Source: Candidatus Methylomirabilia bacterium (GTDB lineage Bacteria; Methylomirabilota; Methylomirabilia; Rokubacteriales; CSP1-6). Taken from it: DNA of 64,000 nt. How positions within the stretch are numbered: the first letter of the stretch is position 1; every line of letters starts with the position of its first letter. The stretch spans positions 298 to 64,297 of the forward strand of contig JBGQHJ010000004.1 of NCBI GenBank assembly GCA_041497895.1. The letters run 5' to 3'. The notes beneath the pieces were generated by a model that saw only the letters and a list, made by a program, of their open reading frames with translations, made no database searches and had not been told where the DNA came from. Below, piece after piece: positions 30,133 through 42,387 of the stretch. Both the position numbers and the translations under genes were made by a program.

Positions 30133-33100
30133 TCAGCGCTCGGCCATGTAGTAGAGGACCGGCACCGCCATGCGGGACAGCAGGGTGGACGCGACCTCGC
30201 CGGCCATGAGCGACACCGCGAGGCCCTGGAAGATCGGATCGAACAGGATCACCGAGGCGCCCACCACCACCGCGGCCGCGGTGAGCAGCATGGGACGGAA
30301 GCGCACCGCGCCCGCGTCGATCACCGCCTCGGCCAGCGGCATGCCCTGGGCCCGGCGCAGCTCGATGAAGTCCACCAGGATGATCGAGTTGCGCACGATG
30401 ATGCCGGCGCCCGCGATGAAGCCGATCATCGAGGTGGCGGTGAAGAAGGCGCCGAGCAGGCCGTGGGCGGGCAGGATCCCGACCAGGGTGAGCGGGATCG
30501 GCGCCATGATCACGAGCGGCGTGCGGAACGACCGGAACCAGCCCACCACCAGCACGTAGATCAGCACCATCACCGCGCCGAAGGCCAGGCCCAGATCGCG
30601 GAACACCTCGTAGGTCACCTGCCACTCCCCGTCCCACTTCATGGCCACGTGCTCGGTGAGGAACGGCTGGCTGGCCACGTGACGAGGGATGGCGCGCCCG
30701 TCGGGCAAGCGCACCGTGTCCAGCTCCCGGTTCATGCGGAGGATCGCATAGACCGGGCTCTCCTCCTGGCCGGCCACGTCGCCGGTGACGTAGACCACCC
30801 GCTGGAGGTTCTTCCGGTACACGAACGGGGGCTCGGTGGTGGCCTCCACCCGGACGAGCTCGGCCAGCGGCACCAGCGCGCCACTGCCGCTCCGGAGCTT
30901 GAGCCCGGCCAGGGCATCCACCCCGCTTCGCTGGTCGCGGGGCAGCCTCACGAAGATCGGCACGTCCTCCTTCTCGGCCGGCAGGTGGGCGAGGCCCGGG
31001 CTCGCCCCGCCGAGGACCACCCGCAGTGCGTCCACCACGCGCTCCGTCGAGACGCCGAGCAGCGCCGCCTTCTCCTTGTCGAGGACGAAGCGGTAGCCGG
31101 GCTGCGGATCCTCCACGTACCAGTCCACGTCCACCACGCCCGGCGTGCGCTCGAAGACGCCGAGCACCCGCCGCGCGGCGTCGAGCTGGGCGGTCCGATC
31201 GTCGCCGTACACCTCGGCGACGAGGGTTTGCAAGACCGGCGGGCCCGGCGGGACCTCGGCGACCTTGATGCGAGCGCCCGCGGGCCCCGCGATCCGCGCC
31301 AGCACCGGGCGCAGCCGCCCGGCGATCTCGTGGCTCTGGACGCTCCGCTCGCCCTTGGGCCGGAGGTTCACCTGGATGTCGGCCACGTTCGATCCCTGCC
31401 GCACCGGCGGGAAGTAGTGGCGGATCAGCCCGTTGAAATTGTACGGCGCCGCGGTCCCCACGTAGAGCTGCAGGTCGGTCACGTCGCGATCGGCGGCCAG
31501 GGCCCGGCCGAGCTCGCGGCCCACCCGCGCCGTCTCCTCGAGCGTGGTGCCCTCCGGCATGTCCACGATCACCTGCAGCTCGCTCTTGTTGTCGAAGGGC
31601 AGCATCTTCACCCGCACCAGCCGGAAGTACACGAGCGAGCCCGATCCCAGCAGGAGCAGGCCGACCACGCCCAGGAAGAGCCAGCGGCGCTTCCAGTCGG
31701 TGAGCAGCGGCGTCATGATCCGGCGGTAGAGGCGCGTGGTCCAGTCCTCCGCGCCCTCCTCGTGGCCGGGCCCGCCGCCGGTGGGCGCGCGCAGCAGTCG
31801 GGTGGCGGCCCACGGGGAGACCATGAACGCGATGAAGAGCGAGAAGAGCATGGCCACCGAGGCGCCCACCGGGATCGGCCGCATGTACGGACCCATGAGC
31901 CCGCCCACGAAGGCCATGGGCAGGATCGCGGCGATCACCGCGAACGTGGCGAGGATGGTGGGGTTGCCGACCTCGTCCACCGCCTCGACCGCCACCGCGG
32001 CCCGGGAGCGGCCGCGGTTGGCGGGCAGGTGGACGTGACGCGCGATGTTCTCGACCACCACGATCGCGTCGTCCACCAGGATGCCGATGGAGAAGATCAG
32101 GGCGAAGAGGGTGACCCGGTTCAGCGTGTAGCCGTAGAGATAGTAGAGGAAGAGGGTGAGCGCCAGCGTGACCGGGATCGCCACCAGCACCACCAGGGAC
32201 GCGCGCAGGCCCAGGAACAGCGCGATCAGCCCGGTCACCGACACCGTGGCGAGCAGCAGGTGCCGGAGGAGCTCGTTGGACTTCTCGCTGGCCGTCTCCC
32301 CGTAGTTGCGGGTCACGGCCAGGTGCACGTCGGCGGGGATCAGGCCGCCGCGGACCGCCTGCACCTTGGCCAGCACGCGGTCGGCGATCACCACCGCGTT
32401 GGTGCCCTTGCGCTTGGCCACCGACAGCGTCACCGCGGAGGCGACGTGTCCCGGAGCGGGGCCGTGGCCCGAGGCGCCCGCCCCCCCGCTCATCAGCACG
32501 TACTCCCGCGGCTCCTCGGGCCCGTCGTCCACGGAGGCCACGTCCCGCAGGTGGACGGGCCGGCCACGCGTCACCCCCACCACCACCTGCCCCAGCGCGG
32601 CGGGCTCGGCCAGGAAGACGCCGGCGTCGACCAGGTACTCGCGGTTGCCCCGGGAGAAGCGCCCGACCCGGAGCTCGCGGTTCGCCTCGCCGAGCGCCGC
32701 CACCACCGCGTCCGGCGTCACCCCGAAGCCGGCGAGGCGCTCGCGGTCGAGCGTCACCCGGAGCTGCCGGCGCAGCCCGCCGATGAGGCGCGTCTCGGCC
32801 ACGTCGGAGACGGCCTTGACCTGGTCGTCGAGCTGCGCGGCGATGCGGCGCAGGGTGAACGGATCGGCGTGCTCGCTCCAGAGGGTGAGCGCCAGGATCG
32901 GCACGTCGTCGATGGAGCGGGGCTTGACGAGGGGCTGGGAGGCCCCGGGTGGGATCAGGTCGAAGTTGGCCCGCAGCTTGTCGTGGAGCTTGACCATGCT
33001 GCGCTCCTCGTCCTCGCCCACGTAAAAGCGCACGATGGCCAGGGCGGCCCCGGGCTGGCTGGTCGAGTAGACATACTCGACGCCGGGGATCTCCCGCAGC

Positions 33101-33330
33101 TTCTTCTCCAGCGGAATGCTGATGCGCTCCTCGATCTCCTTGATCCCGGCCCCGGGCATCTCCACGAAGACGTCCGCGAAGGGCACCACGATCTGCGGCT
33201 CCTCCTCCCGCGGGGTGGCGAGGACCGCGAAGAGACCCAGCAGGAGCGAGCCCAGCACCACGAGCTGGGTCAGCTTGGAATCGATGAAGGCCTGCGCCAG
33301 CCGGCCCGCCACGCCGATCGGGCGGCTCAC
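30133..33330 (-). CDS. Efflux RND transporter permease (AcrB/CzcA superfamily)
   Basis: 1065 aa with 12-TM architecture and two large periplasmic loops. Typical [10 protein letters not shown]-terminus. Confidence 0.95.
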   Translation of the reverse strand: MSRPIGVAGRLAQAFIDSKLTQLVVLGSLLLGLFAVLATPREEEPQIVVPFADVFVEMPGAGIKEIEERISIPLEKKLREIPGVEYVYSTSQPGAALAIVRFYVGEDEERSMVKLHDKLRANFDLIPPGASQPLVKPRSIDDVPILALTLWSEHADPFTLRRIAAQLDDQVKAVSDVAETRLIGGLRRQLRVTLDRERLAGFGVTPDAVVAALGEANRELRVGRFSRGNREYLVDAGVFLAEPAALGQVVVGVTRGRPVHLRDVASVDDGPEEPREYVLMSGGAGASGHGPAPGHVASAVTLSVAKRKGTNAVVIADRVLAKVQAVRGGLIPADVHLAVTRNYGETASEKSNELLRHLLLATVSVTGLIALFLGLRASLVVLVAIPVTLALTLFLYYLYGYTLNRVTLFALIFSIGILVDDAIVVVENIARHVHLPANRGRSRAAVAVEAVDEVGNPTILATFAVIAAILPMAFVGGLMGPYMRPIPVGASVAMLFSLFIAFMVSPWAATRLLRAPTGGGPGHEEGAEDWTTRLYRRIMTPLLTDWKRRWLFLGVVGLLLLGSGSLVYFRLVRVKMLPFDNKSELQVIVDMPEGTTLEETARVGRELGRALAADRDVTDLQLYVGTAAPYNFNGLIRHYFPPVRQGSNVADIQVNLRPKGERSVQSHEIAGRLRPVLARIAGPAGARIKVAEVPPGPPVLQTLVAEVYGDDRTAQLDAARRVLGVFERTPGVVDVDWYVEDPQPGYRFVLDKEKAALLGVSTERVVDALRVVLGGASPGLAHLPAEKEDVPIFVRLPRDQRSGVDALAGLKLRSGSGALVPLAELVRVEATTEPPFVYRKNLQRVVYVTGDVAGQEESPVYAILRMNRELDTVRLPDGRAIPRHVASQPFLTEHVAMKWDGEWQVTYEVFRDLGLAFGAVMVLIYVLVVGWFRSFRTPLVIMAPIPLTLVGILPAHGLLGAFFTATSMIGFIAGAGIIVRNSIILVDFIELRRAQGMPLAEAVIDAGAVRFRPMLLTAAAVVVGASVILFDPIFQGLAVSLMAGEVASTLLSRMAVPVLYYMAER

Positions 33331-34523
33331 GACCCGGTCGCGACGCTCGCGCCGTCACTCAGGCGGGGCGCGCCCTCCACCACGAGGCGCTCCCCCGCGT
33401 CCAGGCCCGAGAGGATCTCGACGCGGTCTCCGTACCGCGCGCCCGCGGTGACCAGGCGGAGCCGGGCGATCCCCCGGGCGTCCACGACGTACGCGCTGGT
33501 GAGCTGGCCGCGCTCGACCAGGGCGGCGAGCGGGACCAGCAGGGCCTGGCGCTCCGCGGCGGGAAAGCGGGCGCGCCCGAACAGGCCGGTGCGCAGCCCG
33601 GGGTCGGCCGGCAGGTCGAGCTTGACCGTCACCGTGCGGCTGGTCGGATCGGCGGCGGGGATGATCTCGGCCACGCGGCCGAGCAGCGTGCGCGCGAGCG
33701 AGTCGACCACGACCGGGACGCTCTGGCCGATCTGCACGCGGCCGACCGCGGACTCCCCGACCACGGCCTCGAGGCGGTACGCACGCGGGTCGTCGAGCAC
33801 GAGCAGGGGCTGGCCGGGGACCGCCAGGTCTCCCGGCTCCGCGCGGCGATCCACCACCACCCCGGTGGCCGGCGCGGTGATGCGCGTCTCGCCCAGCGCG
33901 ATCTCGCTCGCCTGCAGCTCCGCGCTCGCTCCGTCGATGCGATAGCGCATCTGCTTCTCGCGGGCGTGCAGCGAGGCGATGCGCGCCTGGGCCTGCTCGA
34001 CCGCGGCTGCGGTGCTCTTCCGCTTCATCTCCACCGCCTCGTAGTCCTGCGCGCTGACCAGCTCGCGCTGCCAGAGCTGGCGATAGCGTCCCGCGGTGGC
34101 CGCCGCATAGACGTGATCGGCGTCGGCCGATCGAAGGGCGGCCTCCCCCTCCTCGAGCGTCCGCCGCGCCTCGTCGAGCGCCATCTCGGCCTCCGCGAGC
34201 GCGGCCCGGGCCCGCTCCGCGCGCGCCGCGAGCTCACGCTCGTCGACGGTCACCAGCACCCGGCCCTGCTCGACGTGGTCGCCCTGGCGCACCCGGATCT
34301 CGCGGACGTAGCCTTGCACCTTGCTCGAGACCAGCATCTGGGTCTTGGTCCGCACGGTCCCGACGACCTCCTCGGCGTCCCGCAGCGCCGAGAGGGCCAG
34401 CGTCTCCACCCGCACGCCGGTCACCGGCACGGCCCGATCCGCGGGGGCCTCGGCGGCGCGCTCGCCGCGGCAGGCCGCGAGCGCCGCGAGCGCCACGACC
34501 GCGACGAGGCACCGCGAGGTCAC
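33327..34523 (-). CDS. Efflux RND transporter periplasmic adaptor subunit (MFP/HlyD family), lipoprotein
   Basis: GTG 34523 overlaps the upstream stop (GTGA). Lipobox ALAAC. Contains a coiled-coil hairpin and beta-barrel domains. Confidence 0.85.
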   Translation of the reverse strand: MTSRCLVAVVALAALAACRGERAAEAPADRAVPVTGVRVETLALSALRDAEEVVGTVRTKTQMLVSSKVQGYVREIRVRQGDHVEQGRVLVTVDERELAARAERARAALAEAEMALDEARRTLEEGEAALRSADADHVYAAATAGRYRQLWQRELVSAQDYEAVEMKRKSTAAAVEQAQARIASLHAREKQMRYRIDGASAELQASEIALGETRITAPATGVVVDRRAEPGDLAVPGQPLLVLDDPRAYRLEAVVGESAVGRVQIGQSVPVVVDSLARTLLGRVAEIIPAADPTSRTVTVKLDLPADPGLRTGLFGRARFPAAERQALLVPLAALVERGQLTSAYVVDARGIARLRLVTAGARYGDRVEILSGLDAGERLVVEGAPRLSDGASVATGS

Positions 34524-34729
34524 GCGCGCACGCCCGCCGCGCCGCGCTCGACGCCGAGCTTCCGGAGGAACGTCTCCATCAGGCACCAGCCGGTGAGCGC
34601 AGACTGGAAGAGGTTGAGGCCCACGAACAGCGTGAAGAGCAGCCAGTACGGGCTGTGCACGTAGCTCAGCACGACGCTCACGGTGACGAAGGTCCCGGCG
34701 ATGAGGCGGATCCAGCGTTCGAGCGACAT
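34520..34729 (-). CDS. DUF2892 small membrane protein
   Basis: 69 aa starting at ATG 34729, which is preceded by GGAGG. Contains the TGWC motif. Paralog of 29496..29702. Confidence 0.7.
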   Translation of the reverse strand: MSLERWIRLIAGTFVTVSVVLSYVHSPYWLLFTLFVGLNLFQSALTGWCLMETFLRKLGVERGAAGVRA

Positions 34730-34787
34730 GGCTTCCTCCCGCGTTGCGCCCGTCACGGGCTAGGAGTGATGTACCCGCTCATGACGG

Positions 34788-34803
34788 TGCAACCGGGGTG
34801 CCA
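34788..34803 (-). promoter_or_regulatory. Sigma-54 promoter, perfect consensus, upstream of the DUF2892 / RND efflux / DUF302 / archease / rtcB operon
   Basis: The minus strand reads TGGCAC-cccgg-TTGCA. Predicted +1 is ~34777, 48 nt before ATG 34729. Confidence 0.75.
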
Positions 34804-34914
34804 CTGCTCTTCTGCCGTGGAATCCGAGACTTGCGGCGGCGAGCGGCGGCCCGGGCTGGGGAGCGCGCGCCTCAGCCGGGACCGCGGCGCCCCGGGCGCA
34901 CGCAGGCTACCGGC

Positions 34915-37440
<2,526 letters not shown>

Positions 37441-39177
37441 CTAGTCGTCGCCCCCGTAGCGCACCGTGATCAGCGCGTCGATCGCCTCGCGCAGATCCGG
37501 CAGCTCGCCGCGCCGCCAGCGCGTCTCGGCCTTGCCGAGCTGTCGCGCCAGCTCGCTGTCGGCGAATACGTCGCGCACCCAGCGCGAGAAGTCGCCGCGC
37601 TCGGCGTGGTACGCGAGCAGCTCTTCCGGCGTGATGGCCACCACGCGGCGAAAGGCCTGCAGGCTGTTGGCCGAACCGAGCACCCGGCCGCCGGCCCCCC
37701 GGAACAGGAACTCGCGGCCCGGGGGCACGTGCGAATCCACGTACTTGGTCAGGTGGCGCACGTGGACCGTCTGGCGCGGCGCGGCCACGAAGGTCACCGC
37801 GGTCGCCCGGCCGCCGGGGTCGCGCTGGACGATGAGGAACTGCCCGCGTGGCAGCCGCGAGAGCGCGGCCGACACCGCCTCGCTCCCGTCGATGGCGGGT
37901 AGGGTGGAATGGAGAAAGGCGAGCTCCTCGGGCACCGTGGTCCGCGCGAGGACGAATACGTCCACCGCCCGGATGACGGCCGCGCGCACCCACCGCGGCC
38001 GGTAGGTCACGAAGCAGAAGCCGCGGTCCTCGAGACCGAGCGCGTCGCTCGCGATGCCGCCGTCGTGCACCAGGTAGTGAGCCTCGTCGACCAGCACCCA
38101 GTGCGGACGCCCGACGCGCCGCCGGATCTCGCGGATGCGCCGCAGGGCCCGTTCGATCAGGAGGACCTTCTCGGCGTGGGACAGCGTGGAGAGGTCGAGG
38201 ACCGCCGAGGCCGTGGGGACGTGCTGGAGATGATCCAGCACCCGATCCACGTCCGCCGCCTCGGACACTTCGGCCCACGCGACGCCCGGCAGGCGCGAGA
38301 GCACACGGTAGTCCCCCTCCGGATCGATCACGCAGACCGCGTAGCGCGCAGCGACCAGCCGCTCGACGAGGGCGCCGGCGAGCCAGGACTTGCCGGAGTG
38401 CGGATCGCCGTGGATCAGCACGTTGATCCGGCGGGCCGGGATGGTGATCGGCTCGCTGGTGGTCGCGCCCCAGCCGAGCGAGATCCGGTGGCGTGGTGAC
38501 TGCTGCACCGCGAGCTGGTCCTCGAGCACCGGCCCGGCGATGGCGGCCCCGACGTCGGCGCCCGCGCCGCCCGGCAAGACCCAGTCCACGCGGTCGCGGA
38601 CGACCGCGATGCTGTTGCCCGGGCAGGCGCTGAAGCCGCACGCGTCGAAGAGGGCGAGGTCGTTCTCGGCGTCGCCCAGGGCCAGCACGTCGTGCGGCGA
38701 GAGCTCGAGAAATCGCAGCACCTGCTGGACCCCGGAGCCCTTGGACACGCCGGAGGGCAGCAGCATGAGGGCGGCGCGGTTCGGGATCAGGTCCCGGGTC
38801 ACGTCGGCCGCGCGCAGCGCCTCGCGCACCCCCGCCTCGTCGCCACGGCCGGTGCCGACGATGACCCGGCCCACCTGGTAGTAGATGCCCCGCCGCTCGA
38901 GCTCTCCGAGCAGCCGGCCGGGCACCGGGGGTCCCTGGTCGCGGATCATCGCCGAGCCGGGATAGTAGATCACCGCGCCGTTCTCGGCCACCACGCCGTC
39001 GAAGAGCTCCAGGCAGTCGCACACGCGCGTGAGCTCGAAGAAGGTGCGCCCGGTCACGAGCATCAGCCGGAGGCCCGCCTTCTTCGCCTGCTCGAGCGCG
39101 GCGCGCACCGACGGACCGATCCGGTCATCGACTGCGAGCGTGCCGTCGAAATCGCAAGCGAGCGCCTTGAAGAACAC
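37441..39177 (-). CDS. Fusion protein: N-terminal HAD-IIB (Cof-like) phosphatase plus C-terminal HerA/FtsK-like P-loop ATPase domain
   Basis: 578 aa. HAD motif I ACDFDGTLA and motif IV GDAENDL. Then Walker A GDPHSGKSW and Walker B VLVDEAHYL. GTG start. The stop abuts the mgtA start. Confidence 0.8.
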   Translation of the reverse strand: MFFKALACDFDGTLAVDDRIGPSVRAALEQAKKAGLRLMLVTGRTFFELTRVCDCLELFDGVVAENGAVIYYPGSAMIRDQGPPVPGRLLGELERRGIYYQVGRVIVGTGRGDEAGVREALRAADVTRDLIPNRAALMLLPSGVSKGSGVQQVLRFLELSPHDVLALGDAENDLALFDACGFSACPGNSIAVVRDRVDWVLPGGAGADVGAAIAGPVLEDQLAVQQSPRHRISLGWGATTSEPITIPARRINVLIHGDPHSGKSWLAGALVERLVAARYAVCVIDPEGDYRVLSRLPGVAWAEVSEAADVDRVLDHLQHVPTASAVLDLSTLSHAEKVLLIERALRRIREIRRRVGRPHWVLVDEAHYLVHDGGIASDALGLEDRGFCFVTYRPRWVRAAVIRAVDVFVLARTTVPEELAFLHSTLPAIDGSEAVSAALSRLPRGQFLIVQRDPGGRATAVTFVAAPRQTVHVRHLTKYVDSHVPPGREFLFRGAGGRVLGSANSLQAFRRVVAITPEELLAYHAERGDFSRWVRDVFADSELARQLGKAETRWRRGELPDLREAIDALITVRYGGDD

Positions 39178-39191
39178 GTGAGCGGTACCGG

Positions 39192-39207
39192 AGCAATCCT
39201 AGTGCCA
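39192..39207 (-). promoter_or_regulatory. Sigma-54 promoter upstream of the HAD-ATPase / mgtA operon
   Basis: The minus strand reads TGGCAC-tagga-TTGCT. Predicted +1 is ~39181, only ~4 nt before GTG 39177, so the transcript is near-leaderless. Confidence 0.7.
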
Positions 39208-39351
39208 CGCCGGCCGGTTCGGAAGACCCCGTTGGATGGCGATCATGGCCCGACCGGAGCGGGACACCCCTGCCCCACTGTCGTGGGAATTCCGTGCGGG
39301 CGGACCGGCTGGGCGAGGAGCGGATCGTCGATTCGGCGCGCGCTTGGGGCC

Positions 39352-39367
39352 GGGCACCACGCTTGCA
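39352..39367 (+). promoter_or_regulatory. Sigma-54 promoter upstream of the pal-like / gdh / DUF3300 / DUF2950 / OPT operon
   Basis: GGGCAC-cacgc-TTGCA. Predicted +1 is ~39378, 3 nt before ATG 39381. No Shine-Dalgarno is visible. Confidence 0.65.
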
Positions 39368-39380
39368 CCATGACAGGGGC

Positions 39381-39914
39381 ATGAGCACGATACCCGTCCT
39401 TGCGCTGCTGGTTCTCCTGGTCTCCGCCGCCGGCTGCGGGACGGCGAAGAGCAGTCAGCCGGACCTCGCGGCATCCCCGCGCGAGCCCTCGCCCGCGGTG
39501 GCCGCCACGGAGCCTCCAGATGAAGGCGCCCTGACCCCCACGGGCTCACCGCCGCCGCCCCAGGAGTTCATCCCGGCCGCCCGGCTGGCCGACATCTACT
39601 TCGCCTTCGACGCCCACGAGATCCGTGCCGAGGACACGCGCGTGCTCGACGAGAACGCGGCGTGGCTGCGGGCGACCCCGAACGCGCTCGTCCTGATCGA
39701 GGGGCACACCGACGAGCGCGGGACCAGCGAGTACAACCTGGGGCTCGGGGATCTGCGCGCCCGCGCCGCCATGACCTACCTGATGGCCCACGGCGTGCCG
39801 GCGGTCCGCATGGTCGCGATCTCCTACGGCAAGGAGCGGCCGATCTGCACCGAGCACGACGAGAGCTGCTGGGCGCGGAATCGCCGGGCCCACTTCCTGG
39901 TCAAGCTGCTCTGA
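39381..39914 (+). CDS. OmpA-family peptidoglycan-associated lipoprotein (Pal-like)
   Basis: Lipobox LVSAAGC. OmpA_C domain with GHTDERGTSEYNLGLGDLRA. Confidence 0.85.
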   Translation: MSTIPVLALLVLLVSAAGCGTAKSSQPDLAASPREPSPAVAATEPPDEGALTPTGSPPPPQEFIPAARLADIYFAFDAHEIRAEDTRVLDENAAWLRATPNALVLIEGHTDERGTSEYNLGLGDLRARAAMTYLMAHGVPAVRMVAISYGKERPICTEHDESCWARNRRAHFLVKLL

Positions 39915-39924
39915 CGAGCCGGCG

Positions 39925-41031
39925 ATGGACGTCCTCACCGCTGGCGGCGGCGACGAGCTCGGCCCGGCCAAGGTCGTGCTGATCAGGGAGCCGCGGGCCG
40001 GCCTCGAGGCCATCGTCGTCGTCGACAACGTCGCCTGCGGCCCCGCCATCGGCGGGGTGCGCATGGCCCCGGACGTGACGCTCGCGGAAGTGGCGCGGCT
40101 CGCGCGGGCCATGACCATGAAGAACGCGGCCGCCGGCCTGGCCCACGGTGGCGGCAAGGCCGGCATCGTCGCCGACCCCGCCGCCAATCCCGCGGACAAG
40201 GAGCGCCGGGTCCGGACATTCGCGCGGGCGATCCGCTCCCTCACGGAATACATTCCGGGCCCCGACATGGGCACCGACGAGCGCTGCATGGCGTGGGTCA
40301 AGGACGAGATCGACCGGGCGGTCGGCCTTCCGCGGGTGATCGGCGGCATCCCCCTCGACGAGATCGGGGCCACCGGCCTGGGCGTGGCCGTCGCGGCGGA
40401 GGTCGCGGCGCCGGAGGCCGGGATCTCCCTCGCCGGCGCGCGGGTGGCCGTCGAGGGCTTCGGCGCGGTGGGCCAGCACGCGGCGCGCTTCCTCGCCGCC
40501 CGCGGCGCCAGACTGGTCGCCGCCTCCGACAGTCGCGGCGCCATCCACGAACCGGCCGGGCTCGGCATCGACGCCCTGATCGCCCACAAGCGGGCGGGAC
40601 GGCCGCTGTCCGGCTTCGCGGGCGGCCGGGCGATCACCCGTGAGGCGTTGATCGGCGTCCCGTGCGACATGTGGATTCCCGCCGCCCGACCCGACACGCT
40701 CACCCTCGACAACGTGAAGGATCTCAAGGCCAGGCTGGTGATCCAGGGCGCCAACATCCCGGCCACCGGGCCGGCCGAGGAGTGGATGCACGCCCACGGC
40801 ATCCTGAGCATCCCCGACTTCATCGCCAATGCGGGCGGAGTCATCTGCGCCGCGATCGAGTACCACGGCGGCACGGAGACGCAGGCGCTGGCGGCCATCG
40901 AGGAGCGCATCCGCGCCAACACCCGCGAGACCCTCGAGCGCGCGCGCGCCGATCGGGTGCCGCCCCGGCAGGCGGCCACCCGGATGGCCACCGCCCGCGT
41001 GTGCGAGGCGATGGGCTACCGTCGGCCCTGA
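39925..41031 (+). CDS. Glu/Leu/Phe/Val dehydrogenase family protein (glutamate dehydrogenase-like)
   Basis: 368 aa. Catalytic-domain motif GGGKAG and Rossmann motif VEGFGAVG. Confidence 0.9.
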   Translation: MDVLTAGGGDELGPAKVVLIREPRAGLEAIVVVDNVACGPAIGGVRMAPDVTLAEVARLARAMTMKNAAAGLAHGGGKAGIVADPAANPADKERRVRTFARAIRSLTEYIPGPDMGTDERCMAWVKDEIDRAVGLPRVIGGIPLDEIGATGLGVAVAAEVAAPEAGISLAGARVAVEGFGAVGQHAARFLAARGARLVAASDSRGAIHEPAGLGIDALIAHKRAGRPLSGFAGGRAITREALIGVPCDMWIPAARPDTLTLDNVKDLKARLVIQGANIPATGPAEEWMHAHGILSIPDFIANAGGVICAAIEYHGGTETQALAAIEERIRANTRETLERARADRVPPRQAATRMATARVCEAMGYRRP

Positions 41032-41088
41032 CGCCCATCGGAGGCGACGACGAGACATCGAGGCGGTCGCGGCTGGCGGCTCGTCGGT

Positions 41089-42387
41089 CTGCGGGACACC
41101 CTCGCGGGCCTGCTGGCCCTGGCGCTCGCCGCGCCGCTCCCGCTGCTTGCCCAGCAGCCGGTCGCGCCCCGATCCTTCGCCCCGGAGGAGCTGGAGCAGA
41201 TCGCCGCGCCGATCGCCCTCTACCCCGACCCGCTCTTGGCGCAGGTGCTGATGGCGGCCACCTATCCGCTCGAGGTGGTCATGGCCGCTCGATTCGTCCA
41301 GGCCAATCCCGGGCTCACCGGCCCGGCCCTGAACGAGGCGCTCACCGCCCAGAACTGGGACGACAGCGTGAAATCGCTGGTCGCGTTCCCCCAGGTCCTC
41401 GGCATGATGAACGAGCAGCTCGCGTGGACCCAGAAGCTGGGCGACGCGTCCCTGGGGCAGCGGGAAGAGCTGATGGAGGCGATCCAGCGTCTCCGCGCTC
41501 GGGCCCAGGCCGAGGGCACGCTCGCCACGACCCCGCAGCAGGTGGTCACGGTGGAGCCCGCGCCGGCCGAGGGGCCACCGGTCATCGGCATCGAGCCGGC
41601 CGAGCCCGGCGTGGTCTACGTGCCGGCCTACGATCCGCTGGTCGTCTACGGCCCCTGGCCCTACCCGGCCTATCCGCCGTACTACTACTACCCGCCGGGA
41701 TGGATCGTGGGCGGCTTCTTCACCTTCGGCGTCGGCATCGTCGTCGGCATGGCGCTCTGGGGCCGGTGCGACTGGCATCGCCACCGGCTCGACCTGGACG
41801 TCGGACGCTACCAGCGCTTCACGCGCGTCGTGAACGTCGACCGCGATCGCGGCGAGCTGATCCGCGGGAGGCTGATCCCGGGAGGGGAGCGCCTGCCGTG
41901 GGAGCACAGCCCCGAGCATCGTCGCGGCGTCCTGTATCGCACCGAGAGCCTGCAGCGCGTGTTCGGCCGGCAAGTGGTGCCGGACCCGACGGCCCGCGAG
42001 ATGTTCCGCGGGCGGGAGGACGCGGGCCGGCCGCAGCCCGGGCGCGCGCCGGGAGCCGAGATCCGTCCCGGCCCTCAGTCCGGACGCGCGCCGGGCGCCG
42101 ACGTCCGCCCCGGCCCGGCACCGAGGCCGGAGCGGGGTCCCGGCACCGCCGCGCCGAGTCGCCCGATCGCGCCCGGCATCACGCCACGGGAGCCTGGCGC
42201 GTTTCAAGGCCTCGGCCGCGGCCCGGACACGCGAAGCTACAGCGATCGAGGCCGCGAGAGCCGTCGAAACATCGCCCCGCCGCCCAGGCCCGCTCCGCGA
42301 TCTTCCCCGTCTCGTCCGGCCCCGTCTCGACCCGGCCCCTCCGGCCCGAGCCACGGCGCGGCGCCGGGCGGCGGAGGTCGGCGATGA
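41089..42387 (+). CDS. DUF3300 domain protein; start codon unresolved (CTG 41089 proposed)
   Basis: APIALYPDPLLAQVLMAATYPLEV is the DUF3300 signature. A signal-peptide-like segment LAGLLALALAAPLPLLAQQ lies upstream of the first canonical start (TTG 41236). Pro/Arg-rich C-terminus. Confidence 0.7.
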   Translation: MRDTLAGLLALALAAPLPLLAQQPVAPRSFAPEELEQIAAPIALYPDPLLAQVLMAATYPLEVVMAARFVQANPGLTGPALNEALTAQNWDDSVKSLVAFPQVLGMMNEQLAWTQKLGDASLGQREELMEAIQRLRARAQAEGTLATTPQQVVTVEPAPAEGPPVIGIEPAEPGVVYVPAYDPLVVYGPWPYPAYPPYYYYPPGWIVGGFFTFGVGIVVGMALWGRCDWHRHRLDLDVGRYQRFTRVVNVDRDRGELIRGRLIPGGERLPWEHSPEHRRGVLYRTESLQRVFGRQVVPDPTAREMFRGREDAGRPQPGRAPGAEIRPGPQSGRAPGADVRPGPAPRPERGPGTAAPSRPIAPGITPREPGAFQGLGRGPDTRSYSDRGRESRRNIAPPPRPAPRSSPSRPAPSRPGPSGPSHGAAPGGGGRR

